The notes: a model not told the origin generated them from the sequence alone. DNA of 21,964 nucleotides from Azolla caroliniana (GCA_043228905.1 JBHGNT010000514.1:1-21964); one strand, 5' to 3'; numbered from the stretch's first letter, positions 7,867-20,237 are shown. Numbers and translations are program-made.

Positions 7867-8652
7867 TTAGAAGCGACGAATACAAGCACGAGGGCGAAGA
7901 TCGCACTGTTGGAGTAGGCGGGAGGCGGCGACGCCTAGAGCTCTTTCCTCGTCATCGGCCTTGAATTGGCGACGTTGTTGACGTTCGTCCTCTTGTCGTC
8001 GAGACATGCGGTGGCGGCGTTCGTCACCCTCTCGTCGCTCACGGCTGCTATCTCTCTCGCGCTCCTCGTCCTCTTCCTCCCAGCTACGGTGTTCCCTTGA
8101 TTGTTGGCCATGGCGTCGGCCTTCATCATTGCGTCGTTCCTCCTCGTCAGCATACAAGGCATCACGTAGGCGATCGCATCGATCTTCGGCGGGGATTCGT
8201 TCGACGTTCCTGCAGCACCGTTCCGAGGGTCTTGAGTATCGAGTGTTTTCGATCCATGGGGAGCGACGTCCTTGTTCACCTTCCTCTCTTTCGGAGCGCT
8301 CTTGTAGCTCTCGGATCTGCTTGTCGATGAAATCACCGCACTCTCGCCTCAGTTCCTCGTCACGTGGCTCATCGCGACCACGGCTACGACGTTCCCTTTC
8401 CTCTTCGGAGTCTCTCTTGTTGTCTCTGTAGCGGCGCCCCTCCTCAAGGAACCCCTCACGACGTCGCTCGCGCCTCTCGTCATCGCACTCCCCCTCTCGG
8501 CGTCGATCGCGCCTCTCCTCGTCAATGTCTCCCTCACGACGTCGATCGCGTCGCTCCTCTTCACGGTCCCGCCCTACAGACCTAGCATTGGCCGCGGTAC
8601 ACGCGGCGAGCATGATCACGGCCATGAGGAATACGGAAGTAAGCTTTGCCAT
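7867..8652 (-). CDS. Copy 6: 261-aa 2S albumin-like storage protein precursor
   Basis: Translation identical to copy 2. Confidence 0.87.
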   Translation of the reverse strand: MAKLTSVFLMAVIMLAACTAANARSVGRDREEERRDRRREGDIDEERRDRRREGECDDERRERRREGFLEEGRRYRDNKRDSEEERERRSRGRDEPRDEELRRECGDFIDKQIRELQERSEREEGEQGRRSPWIENTRYSRPSERCCRNVERIPAEDRCDRLRDALYADEEERRNDEGRRHGQQSREHRSWEEEDEERERDSSRERREGDERRHRMSRRQEDERQQRRQFKADDEERALGVAASRLLQQCDLRPRACIRRF

Positions 8653-9521
8653 TGCGATTGTCCTTATGATCCCGGTGCTTGTCTCCTAATGGATTGTATT
8701 GACATTGCTCCCTCCACCTTTAATATATACACATGGCCATGCAATCAGAGCACATGCATGTCACTCACCACTCCCATTACCATAACGTGTGTGTCCTGCG
8801 TACAACTCTTGCCCAAGACCCATACCAACTAGTCCACCCTCCCACACGTCTAGGCTAGTCCTAGGTGTCGTATTGTCACCAGACAATCTGGGCGCAACCT
8901 GTAGCGGGTACTCCTCCTCCTCGCGCGAGAGCTTGTCGAGCAACATAACATTTATACATACATAGGTAAATGTGCGCACTCGCGCGTGCGCGTAGGGGTG
9001 TGCGGGCACGTGCACATTAAACTAGAACGCGCTAGTGCCGAGACACTAAGCACGCGGAGGCTACTGCGGGACGAGTGGTGGCTCCCGAGTGTGCTACATC
9101 GATGAACGTAGATAGACCGGTGTCCGTACTCGCTCGTTCGGACGGACGAGGGGTTGGTAACGACGACGACAAGGAAAGCTAACCGGACTACCACACTAGG
9201 AGTGTCCTATCGGGCAAGTGTGGAAGCAAGTTCACATTCGCCGCGTGTACAAGTTGACCTTAGCCTTAGCCGTTGCCGTGGCGTGTGCGGTATGGGTGTC
9301 CTGCTTTGATGTTTTCTTTTCCGTTTGGGTGGTTTGCGGTCCCTATAGGCAAATTCTATGCGTTGGTGCTCGTGTTTACGTTCGTGTTGGAGGGACGTTG
9401 GTGCTCGTGTTTACGTTCGTGTGGGTGTAATGCGCGATTGGGGAGACGCACTTGTTCGTAAACACTTACGAGAAATTAGAGAGAGACCACGAGAATAATT
9501 TGAACAAGGTTTATGTACTAT

Positions 9522-10307
9522 TTAGAAGCGACGAATACAAGCACGAGGGCGAAGATCGCACTGTTGGAGTAGGCGGGAGGCGGCGACGCCTAGAGCTCTT
9601 TCCTCGTCATCGGCCTTGAATTGGCGACGTTGTTGACGTTCGTCCTCTTGTCGTCGAGACATGCGGTGGCGGCGTTCGTCACCCTCTCGTCGCTCACGGC
9701 TGCTATCTCTCTCGCGCTCCTCGTCCTCTTCCTCCCAGCTACGGTGTTCCCTTGATTGTTGGCCATGGCGTCGGCCTTCATCATTGCGTCGTTCCTCCTC
9801 GTCAGCATACAAGGCATCACGTAGGCGATCGCATCGATCTTCGGCGGGGATTCGTTCGACGTTCCTGCAGCACCGTTCCGAGGGTCTTGAGTATCGAGTG
9901 TTTTCGATCCATGGGGAGCGACGTCCTTGTTCACCTTCCTCTCTTTCGGAGCGCTCTTGTAGCTCTCGGATCTGCTTGTCGATGAAATCACCGCACTCTC
10001 GCCTCAGTTCCTCGTCACGTGGCTCATCGCGACCACGGCTACGACGTTCCCTTTCCTCTTCGGAGTCTCTCTTGTTGTCTCTGTAGCGGCGCCCCTCCTC
10101 AAGGAACCCCTCACGACGTCGCTCGCGCCTCTCGTCATCGCACTCCCCCTCTCGGCGTCGATCGCGCCTCTCCTCGTCAATGTCTCCCTCACGACGTCGA
10201 TCGCGTCGCTCCTCTTCACGGTCCCGCCCTACAGACCTAGCATTGGCCGCGGTACACGCGGCGAGCATGATCACGGCCATGAGGAATACGGAAGTAAGCT
10301 TTGCCAT
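9522..10307 (-). CDS. Copy 7: 261-aa 2S albumin-like storage protein precursor
   Basis: Translation identical to copy 2. Confidence 0.87.
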   Translation of the reverse strand: MAKLTSVFLMAVIMLAACTAANARSVGRDREEERRDRRREGDIDEERRDRRREGECDDERRERRREGFLEEGRRYRDNKRDSEEERERRSRGRDEPRDEELRRECGDFIDKQIRELQERSEREEGEQGRRSPWIENTRYSRPSERCCRNVERIPAEDRCDRLRDALYADEEERRNDEGRRHGQQSREHRSWEEEDEERERDSSRERREGDERRHRMSRRQEDERQQRRQFKADDEERALGVAASRLLQQCDLRPRACIRRF

Positions 10308-11176
10308 TGCGATTGTCCTTATGATCCCGGTGCTTGTCTCCTAATGGATTGTATTGACATTGCTCCCTCCACCTTTAATATATACACATGGCCATGCAAT
10401 CAGAGCACATGCATGTCACTCACCACTCCCATTACCATAACGTGTGTGTCCTGCGTACAACTCTTGCCCAAGACCCATACCAACTAGTCCACCCTCCCAC
10501 ACGTCTAGGCTAGTCCTAGGTGTCGTATTGTCACCAGACAATCTGGGCGCAACCTGTAGCGGGTACTCCTCCTCCTCGCGCGAGAGCTTGTCGAGCAACA
10601 TAACATTTATACATACATAGGTAAATGTGCGCACTCGCGCGTGCGCGTAGGGGTGTGCGGGCACGTGCACATTAAACTAGAACGCGCTAGTGCCGAGACA
10701 CTAAGCACGCGGAGGCTACTGCGGGACGAGTGGTGGCTCCCGAGTGTGCTACATCGATGAACGTAGATAGACCGGTGTCCGTACTCGCTCGTTCGGACGG
10801 ACGAGGGGTTGGTAACGACGACGACAAGGAAAGCTAACCGGACTACCACACTAGGAGTGTCCTATCGGGCAAGTGTGGAAGCAAGTTCACATTCGCCGCG
10901 TGTACAAGTTGACCTTAGCCTTAGCCGTTGCCGTGGCGTGTGCGGTATGGGTGTCCTGCTTTGATGTTTTCTTTTCCGTTTGGGTGGTTTGCGGTCCCTA
11001 TAGGCAAATTCTATGCGTTGGTGCTCGTGTTTACGTTCGTGTTGGAGGGACGTTGGTGCTCGTGTTTACGTTCGTGTGGGTGTAATGCGCGATTGGGGAG
11101 ACGCACTTGTTCGTAAACACTTACGAGAAATTAGAGAGAGACCACGAGAATAATTTGAACAAGGTTTATGTACTAT

Positions 11177-11962
11177 TTAGAAGCGACGAATACAAGCACG
11201 AGGGCGAAGATCGCACTGTTGGAGTAGGCGGGAGGCGGCGACGCCTAGAGCTCTTTCCTCGTCATCGGCCTTGAATTGGCGACGTTGTTGACGTTCGTCC
11301 TCTTGTCGTCGAGACATGCGGTGGCGGCGTTCGTCACCCTCTCGTCGCTCACGGCTGCTATCTCTCTCGCGCTCCTCGTCCTCTTCCTCCCAGCTACGGT
11401 GTTCCCTTGATTGTTGGCCATGGCGTCGGCCTTCATCATTGCGTCGTTCCTCCTCGTCAGCATACAAGGCATCACGTAGGCGATCGCATCGATCTTCGGC
11501 GGGGATTCGTTCGACGTTCCTGCAGCACCGTTCCGAGGGTCTTGAGTATCGAGTGTTTTCGATCCATGGGGAGCGACGTCCTTGTTCACCTTCCTCTCTT
11601 TCGGAGCGCTCTTGTAGCTCTCGGATCTGCTTGTCGATGAAATCACCGCACTCTCGCCTCAGTTCCTCGTCACGTGGCTCATCGCGACCACGGCTACGAC
11701 GTTCCCTTTCCTCTTCGGAGTCTCTCTTGTTGTCTCTGTAGCGGCGCCCCTCCTCAAGGAACCCCTCACGACGTCGCTCGCGCCTCTCGTCATCGCACTC
11801 CCCCTCTCGGCGTCGATCGCGCCTCTCCTCGTCAATGTCTCCCTCACGACGTCGATCGCGTCGCTCCTCTTCACGGTCCCGCCCTACAGACCTAGCATTG
11901 GCCGCGGTACACGCGGCGAGCATGATCACGGCCATGAGGAATACGGAAGTAAGCTTTGCCAT
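11177..11962 (-). CDS. Copy 8: 261-aa 2S albumin-like storage protein precursor
   Basis: Translation identical to copy 2. Confidence 0.87.
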   Translation of the reverse strand: MAKLTSVFLMAVIMLAACTAANARSVGRDREEERRDRRREGDIDEERRDRRREGECDDERRERRREGFLEEGRRYRDNKRDSEEERERRSRGRDEPRDEELRRECGDFIDKQIRELQERSEREEGEQGRRSPWIENTRYSRPSERCCRNVERIPAEDRCDRLRDALYADEEERRNDEGRRHGQQSREHRSWEEEDEERERDSSRERREGDERRHRMSRRQEDERQQRRQFKADDEERALGVAASRLLQQCDLRPRACIRRF

Positions 11963-12831
11963 TGCGATTGTCCTTATGATCCCGGTGCTTGTCTCCTAAT
12001 GGATTGTATTGACATTGCTCCCTCCACCTTTAATATATACACATGGCCATGCAATCAGAGCACATGCATGTCACTCACCACTCCCATTACCATAACGTGT
12101 GTGTCCTGCGTACAACTCTTGCCCAAGACCCATACCAACTAGTCCACCCTCCCACACGTCTAGGCTAGTCCTAGGTGTCGTATTGTCACCAGACAATCTG
12201 GGCGCAACCTGTAGCGGGTACTCCTCCTCCTCGCGCGAGAGCTTGTCGAGCAACATAACATTTATACATACATAGGTAAATGTGCGCACTCGCGCGTGCG
12301 CGTAGGGGTGTGCGGGCACGTGCACATTAAACTAGAACGCGCTAGTGCCGAGACACTAAGCACGCGGAGGCTACTGCGGGACGAGTGGTGGCTCCCGAGT
12401 GTGCTACATCGATGAACGTAGATAGACCGGTGTCCGTACTCGCTCGTTCGGACGGACGAGGGGTTGGTAACGACGACGACAAGGAAAGCTAACCGGACTA
12501 CCACACTAGGAGTGTCCTATCGGGCAAGTGTGGAAGCAAGTTCACATTCGCCGCGTGTACAAGTTGACCTTAGCCTTAGCCGTTGCCGTGGCGTGTGCGG
12601 TATGGGTGTCCTGCTTTGATGTTTTCTTTTCCGTTTGGGTGGTTTGCGGTCCCTATAGGCAAATTCTATGCGTTGGTGCTCGTGTTTACGTTCGTGTTGG
12701 AGGGACGTTGGTGCTCGTGTTTACGTTCGTGTGGGTGTAATGCGCGATTGGGGAGACGCACTTGTTCGTAAACACTTACGAGAAATTAGAGAGAGACCAC
12801 GAGAATAATTTGAACAAGGTTTATGTACTAT

Positions 12832-13617
12832 TTAGAAGCGACGAATACAAGCACGAGGGCGAAGATCGCACTGTTGGAGTAGGCGGGAGGCGGCGATGCC
12901 TAGAGCTCTTTCCTCGTCATCGGCCTTGAATTGGCGACGTTGTTGACGTTCGTCCTCTTGTCGTCGAGACATGCGGTGGCGGCGTTCGTCACCCTCTCGT
13001 CGCTCACGGCTGCTATCTCTCTCGCGCTCCTCGTCCTCTTCCTCCCAGCTACGGTGTTCCCTTGATTGTTGGCCATGGCGTCGGCCTTCATCATTGCGTC
13101 GTTCCTCCTCGTCAGCATACAAGGCATCACGTAGGCGATCGCATCGATCTTCGGCGGGGATTCGTTCGACGTTCCTGCAGCACCGTTCCGAGGGTCTTGA
13201 GTATCGAGTGTTTTCGATCCATGGGGAGCGACGTCCTTGTTCACCTTCCTCTCTTTCGGAGCGCTCTTGTAGCTCTCGGATCTGCTTGTCGATGAAATCA
13301 CCGCACTCTCGCCTCAGTTCCTCGTCACGTGGCTCATCGCGACCACGGCTACGACGTTCCCTTTCCTCTTCGGAGTCTCTCTTGTTGTCTCTGTAGCGGC
13401 GCCCCTCCTCAAGGAACCCCTCACGACGTCGCTCGCGCCTCTCGTCATCGCACTCCCCCTCTCGGCGTCGATCGCGCCTCTCCTCGTCAATGTCTCCCTC
13501 ACGACGTCGATCGCGTCGCTCCTCTTCACGGTCCCGCCCTACAGACCTAGCATTGGCCGCGGTACACGCGGCGAGCATGATCACGGCCATGAGGAATACG
13601 GAAGTAAGCTTTGCCAT
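12832..13617 (-). CDS. Copy 9: 261-aa 2S albumin-like storage protein precursor, V241I variant
   Basis: As copy 2 except C>T at 12897 (+ strand; codon GTC>ATC), giving LGIAAS. Confidence 0.87.
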   Translation of the reverse strand: MAKLTSVFLMAVIMLAACTAANARSVGRDREEERRDRRREGDIDEERRDRRREGECDDERRERRREGFLEEGRRYRDNKRDSEEERERRSRGRDEPRDEELRRECGDFIDKQIRELQERSEREEGEQGRRSPWIENTRYSRPSERCCRNVERIPAEDRCDRLRDALYADEEERRNDEGRRHGQQSREHRSWEEEDEERERDSSRERREGDERRHRMSRRQEDERQQRRQFKADDEERALGIAASRLLQQCDLRPRACIRRF

Positions 13618-14486
13618 TGCGATTGTCCTTATGATCCCGGTGCTTGTCTCCTAATGGATTGTATTGACATTGCTCCCTCCACCTTTAATATATACACATG
13701 GCCATGCAATCAGAGCACATGCATGTCACTCACCACTCCCATTACCATAACGTGTGTGTCCTGCGTACAACTCTTGCCCAAGACCCATACCAACTAGTCC
13801 ACCCTCCCACACGTCTAGGCTAGTCCTAGGTGTCGTATTGTCACCAGACAATCTGGGCGCAACCTGTAGCGGGTACTCCTCCTCCTCGCGCGAGAGCTTG
13901 TCGAGCAACATAACATTTATACATACATAGGTAAATGTGCGCACTCGCGCGTGCGCGTAGGGGTGTGCGGGCACGTGCACATTAAACTAGAACGCGCTAG
14001 TGCCGAGACACTAAGCACGCGGAGGCTACTGCGGGACGAGTGGTGGCTCCCGAGTGTGCTACATCGATGAACGTAGATAGACCGGTGTCCGTACTCGCTC
14101 GTTCGGACGGACGAGGGGTTGGTAACGACGACGACAAGGAAAGCTAACCGGACTACCACACTAGGAGTGTCCTATCGGGCAAGTGTGGAAGCAAGTTCAC
14201 ATTCGCCGCGTGTACAAGTTGACCTTAGCCTTAGCCGTTGCCGTGGCGTGTGCGGTATGGGTGTCCTGCTTTGATGTTTTCTTTTCCGTTTGGGTGCTTT
14301 GCGGTCCCTATAGGCAAATTCTATGCGTTGGTGCTCGTGTTTACGTTCGTGTTGGAGGGACGTTGGTGCTCGTGTTTACGTTCGTGTGGGTGTAATGCGC
14401 GATTGGGGAGACGCACTTGTTCGTAAACACTTACGAGAAATTAGAGAGAGACCACGAGAATAATTTGAACAAGGTTTATGTACTAT

Positions 14487-15272
14487 TTAGAAGCGACGAA
14501 TACAAGCACGAGGGCGAAGATCGCACTGTTGGAGTAGGCGGGAGGCGGCGACGCCTAGAGCTCTTTCCTCGTCATCGGCCTTGAATTGGCGACGTTGTTG
14601 ACGTTCGTCCTCTTGTCGTCGAGACATGCGGTGGCGGCGTTCGTCACCCTCTCGTCGCTCACGGCTGCTATCTCTCTCGCGCTCCTCGTCCTCTTCCTCC
14701 CAGCTACGGTGTTCCCTTGATTGTTGGCCATGGCGTCGGCCTTCATCATTGCGTCGTTCCTCCTCGTCAGCATACAAGGCATCACGTAGGCGATCGCATC
14801 GATCTTCGGCGGGGATTCGTTCGACGTTCCTGCAGCACCGTTCCGAGGGTCTTGAGTATCGATTGTTTTCGATCCATGGGGAGCGACGTCCTTGTTCACC
14901 TTCCTCTCTTTCGGAGCGCTCTTGTAGCTCTCGGATCTGCTTGTCGATGAAATCACCGCACTCTCGCCTCAGTTCCTCGTCACGTGGCTCATCGCGACCA
15001 CGGCTACGACGTTCCCTTTCCTCTTCGGAGTCTCTCTTGTTGTCTCTGTAGCGGCGCCCCTCCTCAAGGAACCCCTCACGACGTCGCTCGCGCCTCTCGT
15101 CATCGCACTCCCCCTCTCGGCGTCGATCGCGCCTCTCCTCGTCAATGTCTCCCTCACGACGTCGATCGCGTCGCTCCTCTTCACGGTCCCGCCCTACAGA
15201 CCTAGCATTGGCCGCGGTACACGCGGCGAGCATGATCACGGCCATGAGGAATACGGAAGTAAGCTTTGCCAT
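14487..15272 (-). CDS. Copy 10: 261-aa 2S albumin-like storage protein precursor, T137N variant
   Basis: As copy 2 except G>T at 14863 (+ strand; codon ACT>AAT), giving WIENNRY. Confidence 0.87.
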   Translation of the reverse strand: MAKLTSVFLMAVIMLAACTAANARSVGRDREEERRDRRREGDIDEERRDRRREGECDDERRERRREGFLEEGRRYRDNKRDSEEERERRSRGRDEPRDEELRRECGDFIDKQIRELQERSEREEGEQGRRSPWIENNRYSRPSERCCRNVERIPAEDRCDRLRDALYADEEERRNDEGRRHGQQSREHRSWEEEDEERERDSSRERREGDERRHRMSRRQEDERQQRRQFKADDEERALGVAASRLLQQCDLRPRACIRRF

Positions 15273-16141
15273 TGCGATTGTCCTTATGATCCCGGTGCTT
15301 GTCTCCTAATGGATTGTATTGACATTGCTCCCTCCACCTTTAATATATACACATGGCCATGCAATCAGAGCACATGCATGTCACTCACCACTCCCATTAC
15401 CATAACGTGTGTGTCCTGCGTACAACTCTTGCCCAAGACCCATACCAACTAGTCCACCCTCCCACACGTCTAGGCTAGTCCTAGGTGTCGTATTGTCACC
15501 AGACAATCTGGGCGCAACCTGTAGCGGGTACTCCTCCTCCTCGCGCGAGAGCTTGTCGAGCAACATAACATTTATACATACATAGGTAAATGTGCGCACT
15601 CGCGCGTGCGCGTAGGGGTGTGCGGGCACGTGCACATTAAACTAGAACGCGCTAGTGCCGAGACACTAAGCACGCGGAGGCTACTGCGGGACGAGTGGTG
15701 GCTCCCGAGTGTGCTACATCGATGAACGTAGATAGACCGGTGTCCGTACTCGCTCGTTCGGACGGACGAGGGGTTGGTAACGACGACGACAAGGAAAGCT
15801 AACCGGACTACCACACTAGGAGTGTCCTATCGGGCAAGTGTGGAAGCAAGTTCACATTCGCCGCGTGTACAAGTTGACCTTAGCCTTAGCCGTTGCCGTG
15901 GCGTGTGCGGTATGGGTGTCCTGCTTTGATGTTTTCTTTTCCGTTTGGGTGGTTTGCGGTCCCTATAGGCAAATTCTATGCGTTGGTGCTCGTGTTTACG
16001 TTCGTGTTGGAGGGACGTTGGTGCTCGTGTTTACGTTCGTGTGGGTGTAATGCGCGATTGGGGAGACGCACTTGTTCGTAAACACTTACGAGAAATTAGA
16101 GAGAGACCACGAGAATAATTTGAACAAGGTTTATGTACTAT

Positions 16142-16927
16142 TTAGAAGCGACGAATACAAGCACGAGGGCGAAGATCGCACTGTTGGAGTAGGCGGGAGG
16201 CGGCGACGCCTAGAGCTCTTTCCTCGTCATCGGCCTTGAATTGGCGACGTTGTTGACGTTCGTCCTCTTGTCGTCGAGACATGCGGTGGCGGCGTTCGTC
16301 ACCCTCTCGTCGCTCACGGCTGCTATCTCTCTCGCGCTCCTCGTCCTCTTCCTCCCAGCTACGGTGTTCCCTTGATTGTTGGCCATGGCGTCGGCCTTCA
16401 TCATTGCGTCGTTCCTCCTCGTCAGCATACAAGGCATCACGTAGGCGATCGCATCGATCTTCGGCGGGGATTCGTTCGACGTTCCTGCAGCACCGTTCCG
16501 AGGGTCTTGAGTATCGATTGTTTTCGATCCATGGGGAGCGACGTCCTTGTTCACCTTCCTCTCTTTCGGAGCGCTCTTGTAGCTCTCGGATCTGCTTGTC
16601 GATGAAATCACCGCACTCTCGCCTCAGTTCCTCGTCACGTGGCTCATCGCGACCACGGCTACGACGTTCCCTTTCCTCTTCGGAGTCTCTCTTGTTGTCT
16701 CTGTAGCGGCGCCCCTCCTCAAGGAACCCCTCACGACGTCGCTCGCGCCTCTCGTCATCGCACTCCCCCTCTCGGCGTCGATCGCGCCTCTCCTCGTCAA
16801 TGTCTCCCTCACGACGTCGATCGCGTCGCTCCTCTTCACGGTCCCGCCCTACAGACCTAGCATTGGCCGCGGTACACGCGGCGAGCATGATCACGGCCAT
16901 GAGGAATACGGAAGTAAGCTTTGCCAT
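16142..16927 (-). CDS. Copy 11: 261-aa 2S albumin-like storage protein precursor, T137N variant
   Basis: Same SNP as copy 10, at 16518. Confidence 0.87.
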   Translation of the reverse strand: MAKLTSVFLMAVIMLAACTAANARSVGRDREEERRDRRREGDIDEERRDRRREGECDDERRERRREGFLEEGRRYRDNKRDSEEERERRSRGRDEPRDEELRRECGDFIDKQIRELQERSEREEGEQGRRSPWIENNRYSRPSERCCRNVERIPAEDRCDRLRDALYADEEERRNDEGRRHGQQSREHRSWEEEDEERERDSSRERREGDERRHRMSRRQEDERQQRRQFKADDEERALGVAASRLLQQCDLRPRACIRRF

Positions 16928-17796
16928 TGCGATTGTCCTTATGATCCCGGTGCTTGTCTCCTAATGGATTGTATTGACATTGCTCCCTCCACCTTTAATA
17001 TATACACATGGCCATGCAATCAGAGCACATGCATGTCACTCACCACTCCCATTACCATAACGTGTGTGTCCTGCGTACAACTCTTGCCCAAGACCCATAC
17101 CAACTAGTCCACCCTCCCACACGTCTAGGCTAGTCCTAGGTGTCGTATTGTCACCAGACAATCTGGGCGCAACCTGTAGCGGGTACTCCTCCTCCTCGCG
17201 CGAGAGCTTGTCGAGCAACATAACATTTATACATACATAGGTAAATGTGCGCACTCGCGCGTGCGCGTAGGGGTGTGCGGGCACGTGCACATTAAACTAG
17301 AACGCGCTAGTGCCGAGACACTAAGCACGCGGAGGCTACTGCGGGACGAGTGGTGGCTCCCGAGTGTGCTACATCGATGAACGTAGATAGACCGGTGTCC
17401 GTACTCGCTCGTTCGGACGGACGAGGGGTTGGTAACGACGACGACAAGGAAAGCTAACCGGACTACCACACTAGGAGTGTCCTATCGGGCAAGTGTGGAA
17501 GCAAGTTCACATTCGCCGCGTGTACAAGTTGACCTTAGCCTTAGCCGTTGCCGTGGCGTGTGCGGTATGGGTGTCCTGCTTTGATGTTTTCTTTTCCGTT
17601 TGGGTGGTTTGCGGTCCCTATAGGCAAATTCTATGCGTTGGTGCTCGTGTTTACGTTCGTGTTGGAGGGACGTTGGTGCTCGTGTTTACGTTCGTGTGGG
17701 TGTAATGCGCGATTGGGGAGACGCACTTGTTCGTAAACACTTACGAGAAATTAGAGAGAGACCACGAGAATAATTTGAACAAGGTTTATGTACTAT

Positions 17797-18582
17797 TTAG
17801 AAGCGACGAATACAAGCACGAGGGCGAAGATCGCACTGTTGGAGTAGGCGGGAGGCGGCGACGCCTAGAGCTCTTTCCTCGTCATCGGCCTTGAATTGGC
17901 GACGTTGTTGACGTTCGTCCTCTTGTCGTCGAGACATGCGGTGGCGGCGTTCGTCACCCTCTCGTCGCTCACGGCTGCTATCTCTCTCGCGCTCCTCGTC
18001 CTCTTCCTCCCAGCTACGGTGTTCCCTTGATTGTTGGCCATGGCGTCGGCCTTCATCATTGCGTCGTTCCTCCTCGTCAGCATACAAGGCATCACGTAGG
18101 CGATCGCATCGATCTTCGGCGGGGATTCGTTCGACGTTCCTGCAGCACCGTTCCGAGGGTCTTGAGTATCGAGTGTTTTCGATCCATGGGGAGCGACGTC
18201 CTTGTTCACCTTCCTCTCTTTCGGAGCGCTCTTGTAGCTCTCGGATCTGCTTGTCGATGAAATCACCGCACTCTCGCCTCAGTTCCTCGTCACGTGGCTC
18301 ATCGCGACCACGGCTACGACGTTCCCTTTCCTCTTCGGAGTCTCTCTTGTTGTCTCTGTAGCGGCGCCCCTCCTCAAGGAACCCCTCACGACGTCGCTCG
18401 CGCCTCTCGTCATCGCACTCCCCCTCTCGGCGTCGATCGCGCCTCTCCTCGTCAATGTCTCCCTCACGACGTCGATCGCGTCGCTCCTCTTCACGGTCCC
18501 GCCCTACAGACCTAGCATTGGCCGCGGTACACGCGGCGAGCATGATCACGGCCATGAGGAATACGGAAGTAAGCTTTGCCAT
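17797..18582 (-). CDS. Copy 12: 261-aa 2S albumin-like storage protein precursor
   Basis: Translation identical to copy 2. Confidence 0.87.
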   Translation of the reverse strand: MAKLTSVFLMAVIMLAACTAANARSVGRDREEERRDRRREGDIDEERRDRRREGECDDERRERRREGFLEEGRRYRDNKRDSEEERERRSRGRDEPRDEELRRECGDFIDKQIRELQERSEREEGEQGRRSPWIENTRYSRPSERCCRNVERIPAEDRCDRLRDALYADEEERRNDEGRRHGQQSREHRSWEEEDEERERDSSRERREGDERRHRMSRRQEDERQQRRQFKADDEERALGVAASRLLQQCDLRPRACIRRF

Positions 18583-19451
18583 TGCGATTGTCCTTATGAT
18601 CCCGGTGCTTGTCTCCTAATGGATTGTATTGACATTGCTCCCTCCACCTTTAATATATACACATGGCCATGCAATCAGAGCACATGCATGTCACTCACCA
18701 CTCCCATTACCATAACGTGTGTGTCCTGCGTACAACTCTTGCCCAAGACCCATACCAACTAGTCCACCCTCCCACACGTCTAGGCTAGTCCTAGGTGTCG
18801 TATTGTCACCAGACAATCTGGGCGCAACCTGTAGCGGGTACTCCTCCTCCTCGCGCGAGAGCTTGTCGAGCAACATAACATTTATACATACATAGGTAAA
18901 TGTGCGCACTCGCGCGTGCGCGTAGGGGTGTGCGGGCACGTGCACATTAAACTAGAACGCGCTAGTGCCGAGACACTAAGCACGCGGAGGCTACTGCGGG
19001 ACGAGTGGTGGCTCCCGAGTGTGCTACATCGATGAACGTAGATAGACCGGTGTCCGTACTCGCTCGTTCGGACGGACGAGGGGTTGGTAACGACGACGAC
19101 AAGGAAAGCTAACCGGACTACCACACTAGGAGTGTCCTATCGGGCAAGTGTGGAAGCAAGTTCACATTCGCCGCGTGTACAAGTTGACCTTAGCCTTAGC
19201 CGTTGCCGTGGCGTGTGCGGTATGGGTGTCCTGCTTTGATGTTTTCTTTTCCGTTTGGGTGGTTTGCGGTCCCTATAGGCAAATTCTATGCGTTGGTGCT
19301 CGTGTTTACGTTCGTGTTGGAGGGACGTTGGTGCTCGTGTTTACGTTCGTGTGGGTGTAATGCGCGATTGGGGAGACGCACTTGTTCGTAAACACTTACG
19401 AGAAATTAGAGAGAGACCACGAGAATAATTTGAACAAGGTTTATGTACTAT

Positions 19452-20237
19452 TTAGAAGCGACGAATACAAGCACGAGGGCGAAGATCGCACTGTTGGAGT
19501 AGGCGGGAGGCGGCGACGCCTAGAGCTCTTTCCTCGTCATCGGCCTTGAATTGGCGACGTTGTTGACGTTCGTCCTCTTGTCGTCGAGACATGCGGTGGC
19601 GGCGTTCGTCACCCTCTCGTCGCTCACGGCTGCTATCTCTCTCGCGCTCCTCGTCCTCTTCCTCCCAGCTACGGTGTTCCCTTGATTGTTGGCCATGGCG
19701 TCGGCCTTCATCATTGCGTCGTTCCTCCTCGTCAGCATACAAGGCATCACGTAGGCGATCGCATCGATCTTCGGCGGGGATTCGTTCGACGTTCCTGCAG
19801 CACCGTTCCGAGGGTCTTGAGTATCGAGTGTTTTCGATCCATGGGGAGCGACGTCCTTGTTCACCTTCCTCTCTTTCGGAGCGCTCTTGTAGCTCTCGGA
19901 TCTGCTTGTCGATGAAATCACCGCACTCTCGCCTCAGTTCCTCGTCACGTGGCTCATCGCGACCACGGCTACGACGTTCCCTTTCCTCTTCGGAGTCTCT
20001 CTTGTTGTCTCTGTAGCGGCGCCCCTCCTCAAGGAACCCCTCACGACGTCGCTCGCGCCTCTCGTCATCGCACTCCCCCTCTCGGCGTCGATCGCGCCTC
20101 TCCTCGTCAATGTCTCCCTCACGACGTCGATCGCGTCGCTCCTCTTCACGGTCCCGCCCTACAGACCTAGCATTGGCCGCGGTACACGCGGCGAGCATGA
20201 TCACGGCCATGAGGAATACGGAAGTAAGCTTTGCCAT
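19452..20237 (-). CDS. Copy 13: 261-aa 2S albumin-like storage protein precursor
   Basis: Translation identical to copy 2. Confidence 0.87.
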   Translation of the reverse strand: MAKLTSVFLMAVIMLAACTAANARSVGRDREEERRDRRREGDIDEERRDRRREGECDDERRERRREGFLEEGRRYRDNKRDSEEERERRSRGRDEPRDEELRRECGDFIDKQIRELQERSEREEGEQGRRSPWIENTRYSRPSERCCRNVERIPAEDRCDRLRDALYADEEERRNDEGRRHGQQSREHRSWEEEDEERERDSSRERREGDERRHRMSRRQEDERQQRRQFKADDEERALGVAASRLLQQCDLRPRACIRRF

